Positions 48,745 to 57,730 of a DNA stretch of 64,000 nucleotides are shown here, in pieces. The translations under genes were made by a program, and so were the position numbers. The stretch covers positions 2,383,366 to 2,447,365 of the forward strand of contig CBDCPB010000004.1 in the NCBI GenBank assembly GCA_965220125.1, written 5' to 3'. Position 1 is the first letter of the stretch. The number at the start of each line of letters is the position of its first letter. Source of the DNA: Dehalococcoidia bacterium (GTDB lineage Bacteria > Chloroflexota > Dehalococcoidia > UBA2979). Under the pieces are notes generated by a model. The model worked only from the letters and a program-made list of their open reading frames with translations. It was not told the origin of the DNA and ran no database searches.

Positions 48745-49050
48745 ACGTCTCCCGCTCGCCCACGACGAGGCGCTGATCGAGCGCACCGTCGAGGCCGCCA
48801 CCGGGGCGCTCCGCGCGGCGGCCTCGGAGGCGTAGCGCCCGCGCGCTGTACGGGCCTTCGGGAGACCCGCGGTCCCGTCGCTGCGTGCAGCCCGCGCGCG
48901 GGGGTCGAGGGAACCGGTCGCCGTTCTGGGACGTACCTATCTGCAACTCCGGATACACGGGGCGAACGCTCCGCACCGGCTCCGCAGGGAGGCCCCAGAT
49001 GAGAGCATTGATCCTCGCAATCGGCATCGTCCTGGCCCTCGCCGCCCTCG
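48745..49050. repeat. segmental duplication copy B (degenerate hemL 3' end + promoter + signal-peptide start)
   Basis: See copy A; contains an extra ~45-bp insertion relative to copy A. Confidence 0.65.
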
Positions 49051-50102
49051 CCGCGTCCACGTTCGCCCGGGTCTCAGGGCGCGACAGCTCGCGGGCGCGG
49101 GCGGTGTCCGGCGCGCTTACCCTGGCGGCGCTCGCGGCCGCGTTGCTCTTGCTCGCCTGCAGCGACGATGACGACTACGAGAGCTCCGCGCCGCAAGCGG
49201 CGCCCTCGTCGGCGCGGATCCAATACGCCGTCACCGCGGCGCCAACCGCGGTCCCGCCGGAGGCCGGTGGCTCGGCCAACCCCAACGACCGGCCGCTTCC
49301 CCTCATGTTCTTCGAGGGACACGGCGTCAATCCGTTCATCGATGCCGACGAGGACGCGCTCTCGACCTTCGCGCTGGACGGGGACACCGCGTCCTACGAG
49401 ATCCTCGCGCTCTACCTCGACCAGAACTCCCTGCCGCCCCCGGACGCAGTGCGGGTCGAGGAGTTCATCAACAGCCTGCCGCAGGACTACCCGGCCGCCG
49501 AGGGCGCCCTCGGGCTGCACCTCGACGCCGCGCCTTCGCCGTTCGGGGAGGAGGGCTACGTGCTGCTGCGAGTTGGCGTCAGCAACCCCGCGCCGCGGAC
49601 CGAGCGCGGTCCGGTCTCGCTGATCTTCGTCGTCGACGTCTCCGGCTCGATGGAGGCCGACAACCGGATCGGCGTGGCCAGGGACGTCATCGCCGGACTC
49701 GCCGGGATGATGACCGCGCAGGACCGCGCCGCCATCGTCACCTACGGCGCCGAGGCCAGCCTCGTCAGCGGCTTCGAGGACGGCGATCGCCGTCAGGAGA
49801 TCGTGACCGGCGCGCGCGCGCTCCGCACGGGTGGCAGCACGTTCGCCGAGGATGGACTGCGCCTGGCCTACGATCTGGCCGGCGACGAGCTTGAGCGCGG
49901 CCAGCAGGTGCGCATCGTGTTGCTCTCCGATGGCGTCGCCAACGTCGGCGCGACCGGACCCGACTCGATTCTCGGGTTGGTCGACCAGCAGGCGCAGCGC
50001 CAGGCCACGCTCACCTCGATCGGCGTCGGCATCAGCGGCAACTACAACGACGTCCTGCTGGAGGCGCTCGCCAACCGCGGCAACGGCACGTACCACTTCC
50101 AT
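48999..50102 (+). pseudogene. vWA-domain (YfbK/BatB-like) secreted protein gene, 5' part, interrupted by an IS
   Basis: Signal peptide identical to the RCC1 gene's, then a vWA MIDAS region ('LIFVVDVSGSM', 'IVLLSDGVAN', 'LTSIGVGISGNYNDVLLEALANRGNGTYHF'). The frame is lost at the IS junction at 50103. Confidence 0.7.
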
Positions 50103-51646
50103 GAGAGTCGTCTGATCCGCAAGGGCCGACGTGGCGGCCGCCTGCGCCGTCCTAGCGAGCGCGCCTCCCATCCGCGGCCCTGTGGTGGTCGTCGGTGCCG
50201 ATGCGAGTGGTCCCGTCGTGTCGTCCCCGGGAAGTCGTGTTGGCCATGCTTCCATTCGCACTCGTCGAGGGGCCGCTCCGGGCCCGGTGCATGATGGACA
50301 ACCTGTCTCCAGGATGTGGGCGCTGCCATCTACCTGCCGTCCTCGTTGGGACCAGTGGTCGCCGCAGTCGCCCGCGTGTCGGCATCTGTCGCATCCTCCG
50401 AAGCCCACCGGCCGCCCGGTCGCCCCGCTCCTCGCGTGCTGCCTGCTGCTACGCCGCCTCGGCCGCGCGCGCCTGGCGCAACGGCTCGTAGACCTCGCCG
50501 CTCTTCCAGAGCGCGAGCATCAGCACCGCTAGTCGCCTCGCGACCGCGACGACGGCACGCTTCTTCGCATTGCCGGCCCCCGACTCCGCGTAGCGCAGCC
50601 CCCATCGCCTGAGGTCGCTATCGGGGCCGAACGGGCCCAGGATGTAGTGCGCGGCCTGGCTCAGCACCCGGCGCAGCGCCACGTCCCCGTCCTTCGTGAT
50701 CCGGAGCTGGGGCTGCCGGTCGCCGGAATCGCGGCTTCTGGGCACCAGTCCGAGGTAGGGGCCGATCTCCCGGTTCTTCGGGAAGCGGGTCGGGTCCTCG
50801 ATGGTGAGGACGAAGGTGAGCGAGGTGATCGGACCGACGCCCGCGATCTGCCGGAGCGCGCCGGTCTCCGTGTAGCGCTCGCACATCGCGGCGATCTCCG
50901 CGTCGGCTTGGCGGATCTCCCCGGTCAGCTGCTCGATCTGCCGCAGCACCGGCAGCAGCGCCGGGCGTAGCTCCCCCGGGATGTGCCCGGCGACCGCACG
51001 GTGGAAGGCCGGCGTCGTGCAGCTCGGGAGCGCCGCGCCCCACGCCTTCACCGCGCCCCGGACGTGGTTGATGAGCGCGGTCCTCGCCCGCATCAGCGCG
51101 TCGCGGCTGCGGAGGACCTGGAGGTCCGCCTGTGCCGTGGCGCCCCGGTGCCGGATGGGAAAGAGGAGCTTCGGGTCGTATCGTCCGAGCCGTGCGAGGT
51201 GCTCGGCATCGGAGCGGTCATTCTTGCGCTGGCTGCGCGCGATCAGCTTTACCTGCCTCGGGTTGGCGACTATGACGTCGTGCCCGAGCGTCGAGAACAT
51301 CCGGCTCAGCCACGGGGACCGCGGCCCCACCTCCAGCACCACCCGCGCGTCCTGCAGTGGCGCGAGCGCCCGGGTGAGCGCCGCGGTCGTGGTGCGGACT
51401 CGCTCCTCCCGGAGGATCTCCCCGTCGTCCCCGAGGATGCAGAGGTGGCTGTAGCGGTCGCTCACGTCGATCCCGATGGTCACGAGCTCCGCGTCCCCCA
51501 CCCTCCTGCTCTCTGCGACTGCTGTACCCTGTGCCATGGTCGGTCTCCTACCTCGCTCAGGCTCGTCAGAGCCGTTCCTGGCCCACCTACGTGAGGCCGT
51601 CTTCTTGGGGGGAAGTATCCCCTCTGAGGAGGGGACCGACTCTCAT
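50103..51646 (-). mobile_element. IS110-family (IS1111-like subgroup) insertion sequence with 10-bp terminal inverted repeats, inserted in the vWA gene
   Basis: Termini 'atgagagtcg' (50101-50110) and its reverse complement 'cgactctcat' (51637-51646). Joining the flanks restores '...NGTYHF|HPIYLADRE...' of the vWA protein. 116-nt 5' region and 343-nt 3' non-coding region relative to the recombinase. Confidence 0.7.
50449..51537 (-). CDS. IS110-family DEDD transposase/recombinase (IS1111-like)
   Basis: 'LVTIGIDVSDRYSHLCIL', 'VVLEVGPRSPW' RuvC-like N-domain and C-terminal Tnp domain with 'IAGVGPITSLTFVLTIEDPTRFPKNREIGPYLGLVPRSRDSG'. Confidence 0.9.
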   Translation of the reverse strand: MAQGTAVAESRRVGDAELVTIGIDVSDRYSHLCILGDDGEILREERVRTTTAALTRALAPLQDARVVLEVGPRSPWLSRMFSTLGHDVIVANPRQVKLIARSQRKNDRSDAEHLARLGRYDPKLLFPIRHRGATAQADLQVLRSRDALMRARTALINHVRGAVKAWGAALPSCTTPAFHRAVAGHIPGELRPALLPVLRQIEQLTGEIRQADAEIAAMCERYTETGALRQIAGVGPITSLTFVLTIEDPTRFPKNREIGPYLGLVPRSRDSGDRQPQLRITKDGDVALRRVLSQAAHYILGPFGPDSDLRRWGLRYAESGAGNAKKRAVVAVARRLAVLMLALWKSGEVYEPLRQARAAEAA

Positions 51647-52228
51647 CCCATCTACCTGGCCGACCGCGAGGCCGCCAACCGCTACCTTGAGGAGAGCGCC
51701 CAGGGCGTCTTCACCGAGGCGGCCCGCGACGCCCGCATCCAGGTCGAGTTCAACCCGGAGACGGTTCGCAAGTACCGGCTCATCGGCTACGAGAACCGCG
51801 CCGTCTCCGACGAGGACTTCCGCGACGACTCGCTGGACTTCGGGGAGCCCGGCTTCGCCCAGGACGCGACCGCGCTCTACGAGCTGCGCCTCGAAGATGG
51901 GGCCGCCGCGGACGGCGTGCTGGCCACCGTGCGGCTGCGCTGGCTCGACCCGCAGACGGGCGAGCCGACCGAGATCGAGGCTGGCATCCCGGTAGCCGAG
52001 GTGGCCGCCGAGATCGGATCGGCCAGCCCGTACTTCCGCCAGACCGCCGCCGCCGCCGAGTTCGCCGAACTGCTGCGCAAGTCCTTCTGGGCGCAGTGCG
52101 GCAGCCTCGATGCGGTCTCGGAACTCCTCGACGGCGTGAGCGCCGAGCTGGGCGAGCAGCGGGACTACCGGGAGCTGGTGCGCCGCGTGGGCGCTGCCTC
52201 GGAGCTGTTCGAGCCCTACTGCTCGTAG
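51647..52228 (+). pseudogene. vWA-domain protein gene, 3' part (DUF3520-like C-terminal region) downstream of the IS insertion
   Basis: 'PIYLADREAANRYLEESAQGVFTEAARDARIQVEFNPETVRKYRLIGYENR' matches the post-MIDAS region of YfbK-like proteins and continues the 48999-50102 reading frame once the IS is removed. Confidence 0.65.
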
Positions 52229-52371
52229 CAGCCGATCGAGCCGGGGCAGGGTCTCGTGCGGGTCATCCCATGTGTACGGGTCTGATTGCCGCGGCGGGTG
52301 CTCACCCGTATACTCGCTTCGCGGGCTCAGGCGCGCAGCGCTTGAGCGGTTAGGCGGGTCGGACTCCGCCC

Positions 52372-53508
52372 ATGCAGCTTACGGTCCAGCAGGAAGATCT
52401 CCACCGCGGGCTCAGCGCGGTATCTCGCGCCGTCCCCGCACGCTCGCCCCTTCCCATCGCCGGCCACATCCTGCTCGAAGCGCGCGACGAGGGCCTCACG
52501 CTCTCGGCGACGGATGCCGAGACGATCGCGATCACCTACAGGATCGACGCCGCCGTCGGGGAGGCGGGGGCGATCACGCTGCCCTCGCGGCTGCTCTCCG
52601 ACTTCGTCGCCTCGCTCCCCCAGCAGCCGATCAGCCTCTCGCTCGCCGAACGCTCCCGCCAGGTCAGCCTCTCCTGCGCCCGTAACGAAGCCTCGATCGG
52701 CGGGCAGAGCGCCGATGACTTCCCGCCCATCCCGCCGGTCGAGGACGGCGACTCGCTGGCGCTTGACTCCGCCGCGCTGCGACGCGCCATCAACCAGGTG
52801 GTGTTCGCCGCCGCCACCGACAACTCGCGGCCCGTGCTCACGGGTGTCCACTTCGGAATCAAGAGCGCGCAGTTGCGGCTCGCTGCCGCCGACGGCTTCC
52901 GCCTCGCGGTCCACACGATGGATCTGGGGGACGCGCCTGCCGAGCGCGAGGCGATCGTGCCGGCGCGCGCCCTCGGCGAACTCTCGCGGATACTCGCGGA
53001 GGTCGACGAGCCGGTGGAGATGCGCTTCAACCCAGTCGGCACGCAGGTGCTCTTCGACCTCGGCCACGCGACGCTCAGCGCCACGCTGCTGCAGGGCACG
53101 TTCCCCAACTACGACCAGCTGATCCCGAGCTCGCACGCGACCCGCACGGAGATCGCCGTGGCCGAGTTCATGCGAGAGACGCGCATCGCCTCGATCTTCG
53201 CGCGCGACGGCTCCGGCATCGTGCGGCTCGTCGCCACGCCCGGCGAGGACGCCGCACCCGGCCGCCTGCTGATCACCGCGCGCGCCGAGGAATTGGGCAA
53301 CAACGAGGGCGAACTGGACGCCATGGTCGACGGCGAAGAGGCGAAGATCGCCTTCAACAGCCGCTACCTGACCGAGGTCCTGCAAGTCATCGACGCCGAC
53401 CGTGTCGCCATCGAGACCAGCTCCCCCTCAAGCCCCGGCGTCCTCCGCCCCGTCGGCGACGACCGCTACACCCACGTCGTCATGCCCATGTTCGTCGCCT
53501 GGTCCTGA
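52372..53508 (+). CDS. dnaN: DNA polymerase III beta sliding clamp
   Basis: 378 aa with a three-domain clamp pattern ('LSAVSRAV', 'PVLTGVHF', C-terminal 'VMPM(F)V'). Confidence 0.9.
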   Translation: MQLTVQQEDLHRGLSAVSRAVPARSPLPIAGHILLEARDEGLTLSATDAETIAITYRIDAAVGEAGAITLPSRLLSDFVASLPQQPISLSLAERSRQVSLSCARNEASIGGQSADDFPPIPPVEDGDSLALDSAALRRAINQVVFAAATDNSRPVLTGVHFGIKSAQLRLAAADGFRLAVHTMDLGDAPAEREAIVPARALGELSRILAEVDEPVEMRFNPVGTQVLFDLGHATLSATLLQGTFPNYDQLIPSSHATRTEIAVAEFMRETRIASIFARDGSGIVRLVATPGEDAAPGRLLITARAEELGNNEGELDAMVDGEEAKIAFNSRYLTEVLQVIDADRVAIETSSPSSPGVLRPVGDDRYTHVVMPMFVAWS

Positions 53509-53542
53509 CCCGTCGCCCGGCGGCTGGCGTCTCAGGGCGAAC

Positions 53543-55185
53543 GCCCTCCGAGATTGTCGACGAGCAGCGATTTTGTCAGTGCAAGAGAGCAGCGACTTTG
53601 TCAGTCCCGCCGTCTCCGTCGGAGGATGCCGCGGCGCCGGTCTGGCGTCCAGGCACGCCGTTGGCCCGGACGTAGCTGCTGACGGTGTCGCGGGAGATCC
53701 CGAGCAGCCTGGCGGTCGCCCGCATCGAGAGCCCCTGCAGTCGCGCCTGCTGGATCGCCTTCCAGCGGGCGAGCTGCCGGGGTGTGGGAGCGCGGAGCTG
53801 CTTGCTCCCGGTCTCGGGTCTGGTGGTAGCACCGTTGCTCGCCACCTTGACCGCGGTAGAGGCAGCAGGGAGCGCGGGGAGCCGCCGGGGTGCTCCTCCG
53901 GAGCCGAGCCCTGAGGCGATGCGCTCGTGGTCGGGGTTCCGGGCCAGCTCGGAGCGCGCCGCTCTCAGCACCCCGGCGCGCGGCGGCGCCTCGCGCGAAC
54001 GGATCGTCTCCCCCTGGTGCAGGACGGAGAGCTCGCCGCCCGGGCGTTCCAGCACCTCGACCCGCGCCCCGGCGTAGCTGGTCCGCTCGGGCCCGGGCAG
54101 CAGCTGGAGCGTGCGCCAGCGGTACTTGACCGTGTTGTCGCGCGCGACGGTGCGCGGGTGCCGGAAGCCGAGGACGGCGCCGAGGTCGAGCGCGGGGTCG
54201 AGCGGGCGGTAGGCCGGCTCGGGCTCTGCCGCCGGGACCCGGAAGCGGGCATTGAAGCGCGGCAGGAAGCGCTCGAGCACGGCCTGCGCCTCGGCGATGG
54301 TGGAAGCCGAGGCGTCGCTGAGTTCGGTCACCAGGCGGTCCTGGAGCGTCCCTGCGGCACGTTCCACGCGGCCCTTGGCCTGTGGTGAGCGGGCGAAGAT
54401 CTGGGTGATCCCGAGTTCCCGCATCGCCCGTGCGAATTGGGTTGCGACCTTCAGGCCCCGCCGTCCGTCGGAGGAGGCTTTGAAGACGCCGTGGCGGTCG
54501 CTGTAGAGGGCGAGCGGGATGCCGCAGCGCCGGACGATCTCCTCCAGCAGCAGGAAGTAGCCGCGCGCGTCCTCGACGGGGCGGAAGAGGGCGTGCACGG
54601 CTGCGCCGGTCGCATCGTCGACGGCGAGCAGCAAGGCGAAGCGCGGGCCGCGCTCCTCGAGCCAGGCGTGGTGGCTGCCGTCGATCTGCAGCAGCATCCC
54701 CTCGCGGGGCATGCGCTCACGCCGGACACGGTGCTCGGGGGGCCGGCGGCGGCGGGGACTCGCGATGCCGGCCCGCGCCAGGATCCGGCGGACCGTCCAA
54801 TTGCTCACGTCCAGGCCCTCGTGCTCCCAGAGCAGCTCGGCGAGGTGGGTGTGGTTCGCTCCCGGGTAGCGGGTGCTGGCGAAGCGCACCACGGCCGAGG
54901 CGACATCGGCCGGGACGGCGTTGTGCGGACGGCGCCTCCGGTTGCCGTGCTCCAGCGCCGCCGCTCCGCGCGCGCGGTAGGCGGCGAGGAGCCGCCACGC
55001 GTGTCGCTCGCTGAGGCCCAGGATCTCGGCGGCCTGCGCGGCCCGCAGATCTCCGGCCATCACCCCTTCGAGTACGTAGCGTCGTGCTTCTTCGGACTGC
55101 TGCACCTGTCACCCCCTGCTCGCTGGCTGGGGACTGACAGAATCGCTGCTCCGTTAACTACTGACCGAATCGCTGCTCAACGACA
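53543..55185 (-). mobile_element. ISNCY-like insertion sequence with ~55-bp imperfect terminal inverted repeats and 7-bp target-site duplication
   Basis: TIRs 'TGTCGACGAGCAGCGATTTTGTCAGT...GAGCAGCGACTTTGTCAGTCCC' (53543-53597) and reverse complement at 55129-55185, each holding two 'gagcagcgattNtgtcagt' sub-repeats. TSD 'ccgagat' at 53536-53542 and 55186-55192. Confidence 0.7.
53576..55105 (-). CDS. DDE transposase (rve integrase core; ISNCY-family-like) with N- and C-terminal HTH domains
   Basis: N-terminal 'AAEILGLSERHAWRLLAAYRARGAAALEHGNRRRRP', rve core ('LLQIDGSHHAWLEE...LLLAVDDATG...LYSDRHGVF'), C-terminal 'LSMRATARLLGISRDTVSSY'. Confidence 0.75.
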   Translation of the reverse strand: MQQSEEARRYVLEGVMAGDLRAAQAAEILGLSERHAWRLLAAYRARGAAALEHGNRRRRPHNAVPADVASAVVRFASTRYPGANHTHLAELLWEHEGLDVSNWTVRRILARAGIASPRRRRPPEHRVRRERMPREGMLLQIDGSHHAWLEERGPRFALLLAVDDATGAAVHALFRPVEDARGYFLLLEEIVRRCGIPLALYSDRHGVFKASSDGRRGLKVATQFARAMRELGITQIFARSPQAKGRVERAAGTLQDRLVTELSDASASTIAEAQAVLERFLPRFNARFRVPAAEPEPAYRPLDPALDLGAVLGFRHPRTVARDNTVKYRWRTLQLLPGPERTSYAGARVEVLERPGGELSVLHQGETIRSREAPPRAGVLRAARSELARNPDHERIASGLGSGGAPRRLPALPAASTAVKVASNGATTRPETGSKQLRAPTPRQLARWKAIQQARLQGLSMRATARLLGISRDTVSSYVRANGVPGRQTGAAASSDGDGGTDKVAALLH

Positions 55186-55516
55186 CCGAGATGGCAGCGC
55201 ATCCAGGCCGGGCTTGTGAGCTTCCAACATCGGGGATCGTCATCTCGATCAACCCCGCACCCAGCCCGGCTCATCGCCCTGCACCCGCCGCGACGAGTCG
55301 TTCGAGATGGGGGGTCACATGAGGGGTCTCGGCTGACTTCAGCACCTGGAGGTCACGGTGACCCAGTCGGGTAACACCGCGACCATCGAGCCCACCGGCT
55401 GCTGGCGTAGCCGCCTCGAGCTGAGCGGGGCTCGAGAAGGACGGGATGGCGGACGACGGGTTCACGCCGGACTGGGACGCGCTGACCGAGGAAACGACGG
55501 AGCTACTCTCCGCCTA

Positions 55517-56144
55517 CTAACCGAACCTGTCGGATGCCCGGCCTCTGTGACGGCGGCGCCTGCGCAGGCCTGGCCGATTCACTCCGATGCCCTTCTCGGC
55601 TGCGATGTCGAAGGTTGCCGGCTGCTGGGCGGCGACCCAGATCGGCGGGTGCGGTTTCTGGTAGGGCTTGGGCAGCACCTGCCGCGGCGGCATGCTCCAG
55701 TAGCGGCCCTCCCAGGAGAACCAATCGGAATCCCAGATCCTGGGAATCATCGTGAGCGATTCCTCCACATCCCGCGCGAGTCTCGAGGGTCGACTCCCAG
55801 ACCCGTGAGCTCGTAGGTGCCTGAACGACCGGTTTCGAAGTCCACGCGTCCGTCCGAGAGGTGGTCCAGCATGGCGACCCGCTCCGCAACCCTGGCCGGA
55901 TGGTGGTACGGCAGGATCACCACGCCGAGGCCCAGCTTGATCTGCGTGGTGCGCTGGCTCAACGCGGCGTAGATGAGATCCTGGCACGGGGACGCGGAGA
56001 ACCCCGTCAGGAAGTGGTGCTCCACGAACCAGAGCTCGTCGAAGCCCACCTCATCGGCCAGGATGCACTGCTCCAGCGTCTCCGTGAGCACCAGGTGGTC
56101 GTCCAGCTCTGGCCTCTGCATCTCGTACTGCAGCGCGATCTCCA
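55517..56144 (-). pseudogene. LLM-class flavin/F420-dependent oxidoreductase gene remnant (frameshifted, 3'-truncated next to the ISNCY element)
   Basis: N-terminal 'MEIALQYEMQRPELDDHLVLTETLEQCILADEVGFDELWFVEHHF' continues in another frame ('FSWEGRYWSMPPRQVLPKPYQKPHPPIWVAAQQ'), then degenerates. Confidence 0.55.
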
Positions 56145-56432
56145 TCGCCTCTTCCCTCCGCTGGTCGGGTCTCTCCGGGCTCCACGCTACCGCCCCCCTC
56201 CGCGCCCGGTTTCGCACTACGGAACGGTGTCCCGACTCGCAGCGTACCCAGCCCGGAGTGCGCAGATCCCCGGCCACGATTCACACTGTGAGACGACGGG
56301 AATGCGCACGGCTCACCCGGACCAATAGGCTTACGCTCACGCCGTTCGAGCGGGGCCTCGGTCTCTTCGACCGTGAGAGCTGGCGCGAGGCGGCGCTGGA
56401 CGAAGGAACCGGCCGTGTCCCCCTACGCCCCG
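56071..56432. repeat. ~365-bp direct repeat, copy 1 (copy 2 at 59033-59398), carrying a divergent promoter region, LLM gene start and a GTG/RBS start
   Basis: Near-identical (few SNPs) to 59033-59398. Boundaries sit right after 'LEQC' of the LLM start on one side and after the shared 7 codons 'VS(P/L)YAP' on the other. Confidence 0.7.
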
Positions 56433-56618
56433 CGCGTGGCCATCGGCAAGATCCGCGTCCGGCGGCTGGCCGACGGTCGCGTCGAACTGGGCTTCCGCGA
56501 CGCCGCCGACGAGCAGATCGTGCCCGATATCCGTTACGTGCCCGCCGACCCTCCGGTCGGTGTCTGGTTCCGCAGCAGCGAGGTCATAGTGCGGCCCCCA
56601 CCCACCCCCTTGGAGTGA
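56415..56618 (+). CDS. small ORF (67 aa) driven by the duplicated promoter/RBS; possibly fortuitous
   Basis: GTG 56415 with AAGGAA RBS lies inside repeat copy 1; the product 'VSPYAPRVAIGKIRVRRLADGRVELGFRDAADEQIVPDIRYVPADPPVGVWFRSSEVIV...' has no family I recognise. Confidence 0.25.
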   Translation: MSPYAPRVAIGKIRVRRLADGRVELGFRDAADEQIVPDIRYVPADPPVGVWFRSSEVIVRPPPTPLE

Positions 56619-56694
56619 CGCTTGAGGGTGGCGGCCGGCTCGCACGCGCGGGCCGCGAGGATGCGCGGGCTGTGTCCCCGGGCGCGCGTCTAGT

Positions 56695-57729
56695 TGTAGT
56701 TCCCACGTAGGTTGTTGACAGGTGAGGGGCTCCGCCTGCTGCTGTGTGTGTGAAACGAACGCACCAGTAGCAGGAGAGGAGCCTCTCGTGGCACATCCTA
56801 ACGCGCGTCTGACTCCGGCCACCCGGCTGGAGATGGTTCTGGAGGTCGAGGCCGGCTGGTCGCAGGCGGAAGTTGCGCGGCGCTTCCGGGTTGCTCGTGC
56901 GACGGTCGCCAAGTGGTGGCGCCGCTACCGGGAGGAGGGCGCGGCCGGTCTCCGCGACCGTACCTCCGCTCCGCGCTCCAACCCGCGGCGCACCGCAGCC
57001 GCGCTCGAGCAGCGCATCTGCGCCGTGCGCCGCAGCCAGGGGTTCGGGCCGCACCGCATTGCCTGGGCGCTCGGGATCGCCCGCTCCACCGCCTACGCCG
57101 TGCTCAGGCGCTTCGGTCTCAACCGCCTCGACCGGCTGCACCGCGTCACCCGCGCGGTGGTCCGCTACGAGCACCCCGCCCCCGGCGACCTGCTGCATAT
57201 CGACGTGAAGAAGCTGGGCCGCATCCCCGAGGGCGGCGGACACCGCGTGCGCGGGCGCTCCGCCCGGACCCCGCGCACGCGCGGCCTCGACTACCTGCAT
57301 GTCGCCGTCGACGACCACAGCCGCTACGCCTACGTCGCCGCGCTGCCCGACGAGCGCGGCCCCAGCTGCGCCGCCTTCCTCGAGCAGGCGCTCGCCGCGT
57401 TCGGCCGCCGCGGCGTGCGCGTGCGCGGCGTGCTCACGGACAACGCGAAGGCCTACACCGTCTCCGGCGACTTCCGCCGCGTGGCCGCCGCCGCTGGCGT
57501 GGAACTGCGGCACACCCGGCCCTACCGCCCGCAGACGAACGGCAAGGCCGAGCGCTTCATCCAGATCCTGCAGAACGAGTGGGCCTACGCCCGCCCCTAC
57601 CGCTCCAACGCCGAGCGGCTGCACCAGCTCCCGCGCTGGCTCTACCGCTACAATGTTCGCCGGCCACACGGCGGCATCGGCGGGGCTGTCCCCGCCTCAC
57701 GCCTGTAAACAACGTTCGTGGGAACTACA
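56695..57729 (+). mobile_element. IS481-family insertion sequence with 27-bp terminal inverted repeats and 6-bp target-site duplication
   Basis: TIR 'TGTAGTTCCCACGTAGGTTGTTGACAGG' (56695-) and reverse complement at -57729. TSD 'tctagt' at 56689-56694 and 57730-57735, and the right copy contains the enolase-family gene's stop codon. Confidence 0.8.
56722..57708 (+). CDS. IS481-family transposase (rve integrase core)
   Basis: 'NARLTPATRLEMVLEVEAGWSQAEVARRFRVARATVAKWWRRYREEG' HTH, then 'LLHIDVKKLGRIP...YLHVAVDDHSRYAYV...TDNAKAY' DDE core. The true start is probably GTG near 56787. Confidence 0.85.
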   Translation: MRGSACCCVCETNAPVAGEEPLVAHPNARLTPATRLEMVLEVEAGWSQAEVARRFRVARATVAKWWRRYREEGAAGLRDRTSAPRSNPRRTAAALEQRICAVRRSQGFGPHRIAWALGIARSTAYAVLRRFGLNRLDRLHRVTRAVVRYEHPAPGDLLHIDVKKLGRIPEGGGHRVRGRSARTPRTRGLDYLHVAVDDHSRYAYVAALPDERGPSCAAFLEQALAAFGRRGVRVRGVLTDNAKAYTVSGDFRRVAAAAGVELRHTRPYRPQTNGKAERFIQILQNEWAYARPYRSNAERLHQLPRWLYRYNVRRPHGGIGGAVPASRL

Positions 57730-57730
57730 T

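Noticed and set aside
52229-52371. DnaA boxes / oriC upstream of dnaN
   Set aside because: No clear clusters of TTATCCACA-like 9-mers or an AT-rich unwinding element are visible in the 143-bp dnaN upstream region. dnaN is flanked by an IS-disrupted gene and an IS, not by dnaA, so no origin is claimed.
55446-55520. 24-codon ORF 'MADDGFTPDWDALTEETTELLSAY' with an upstream AAGGA
   Set aside because: It lies within the degenerate 3' part of the LLM pseudogene next to the ISNCY element, is too short, and has no conservation evidence available; likely fortuitous.
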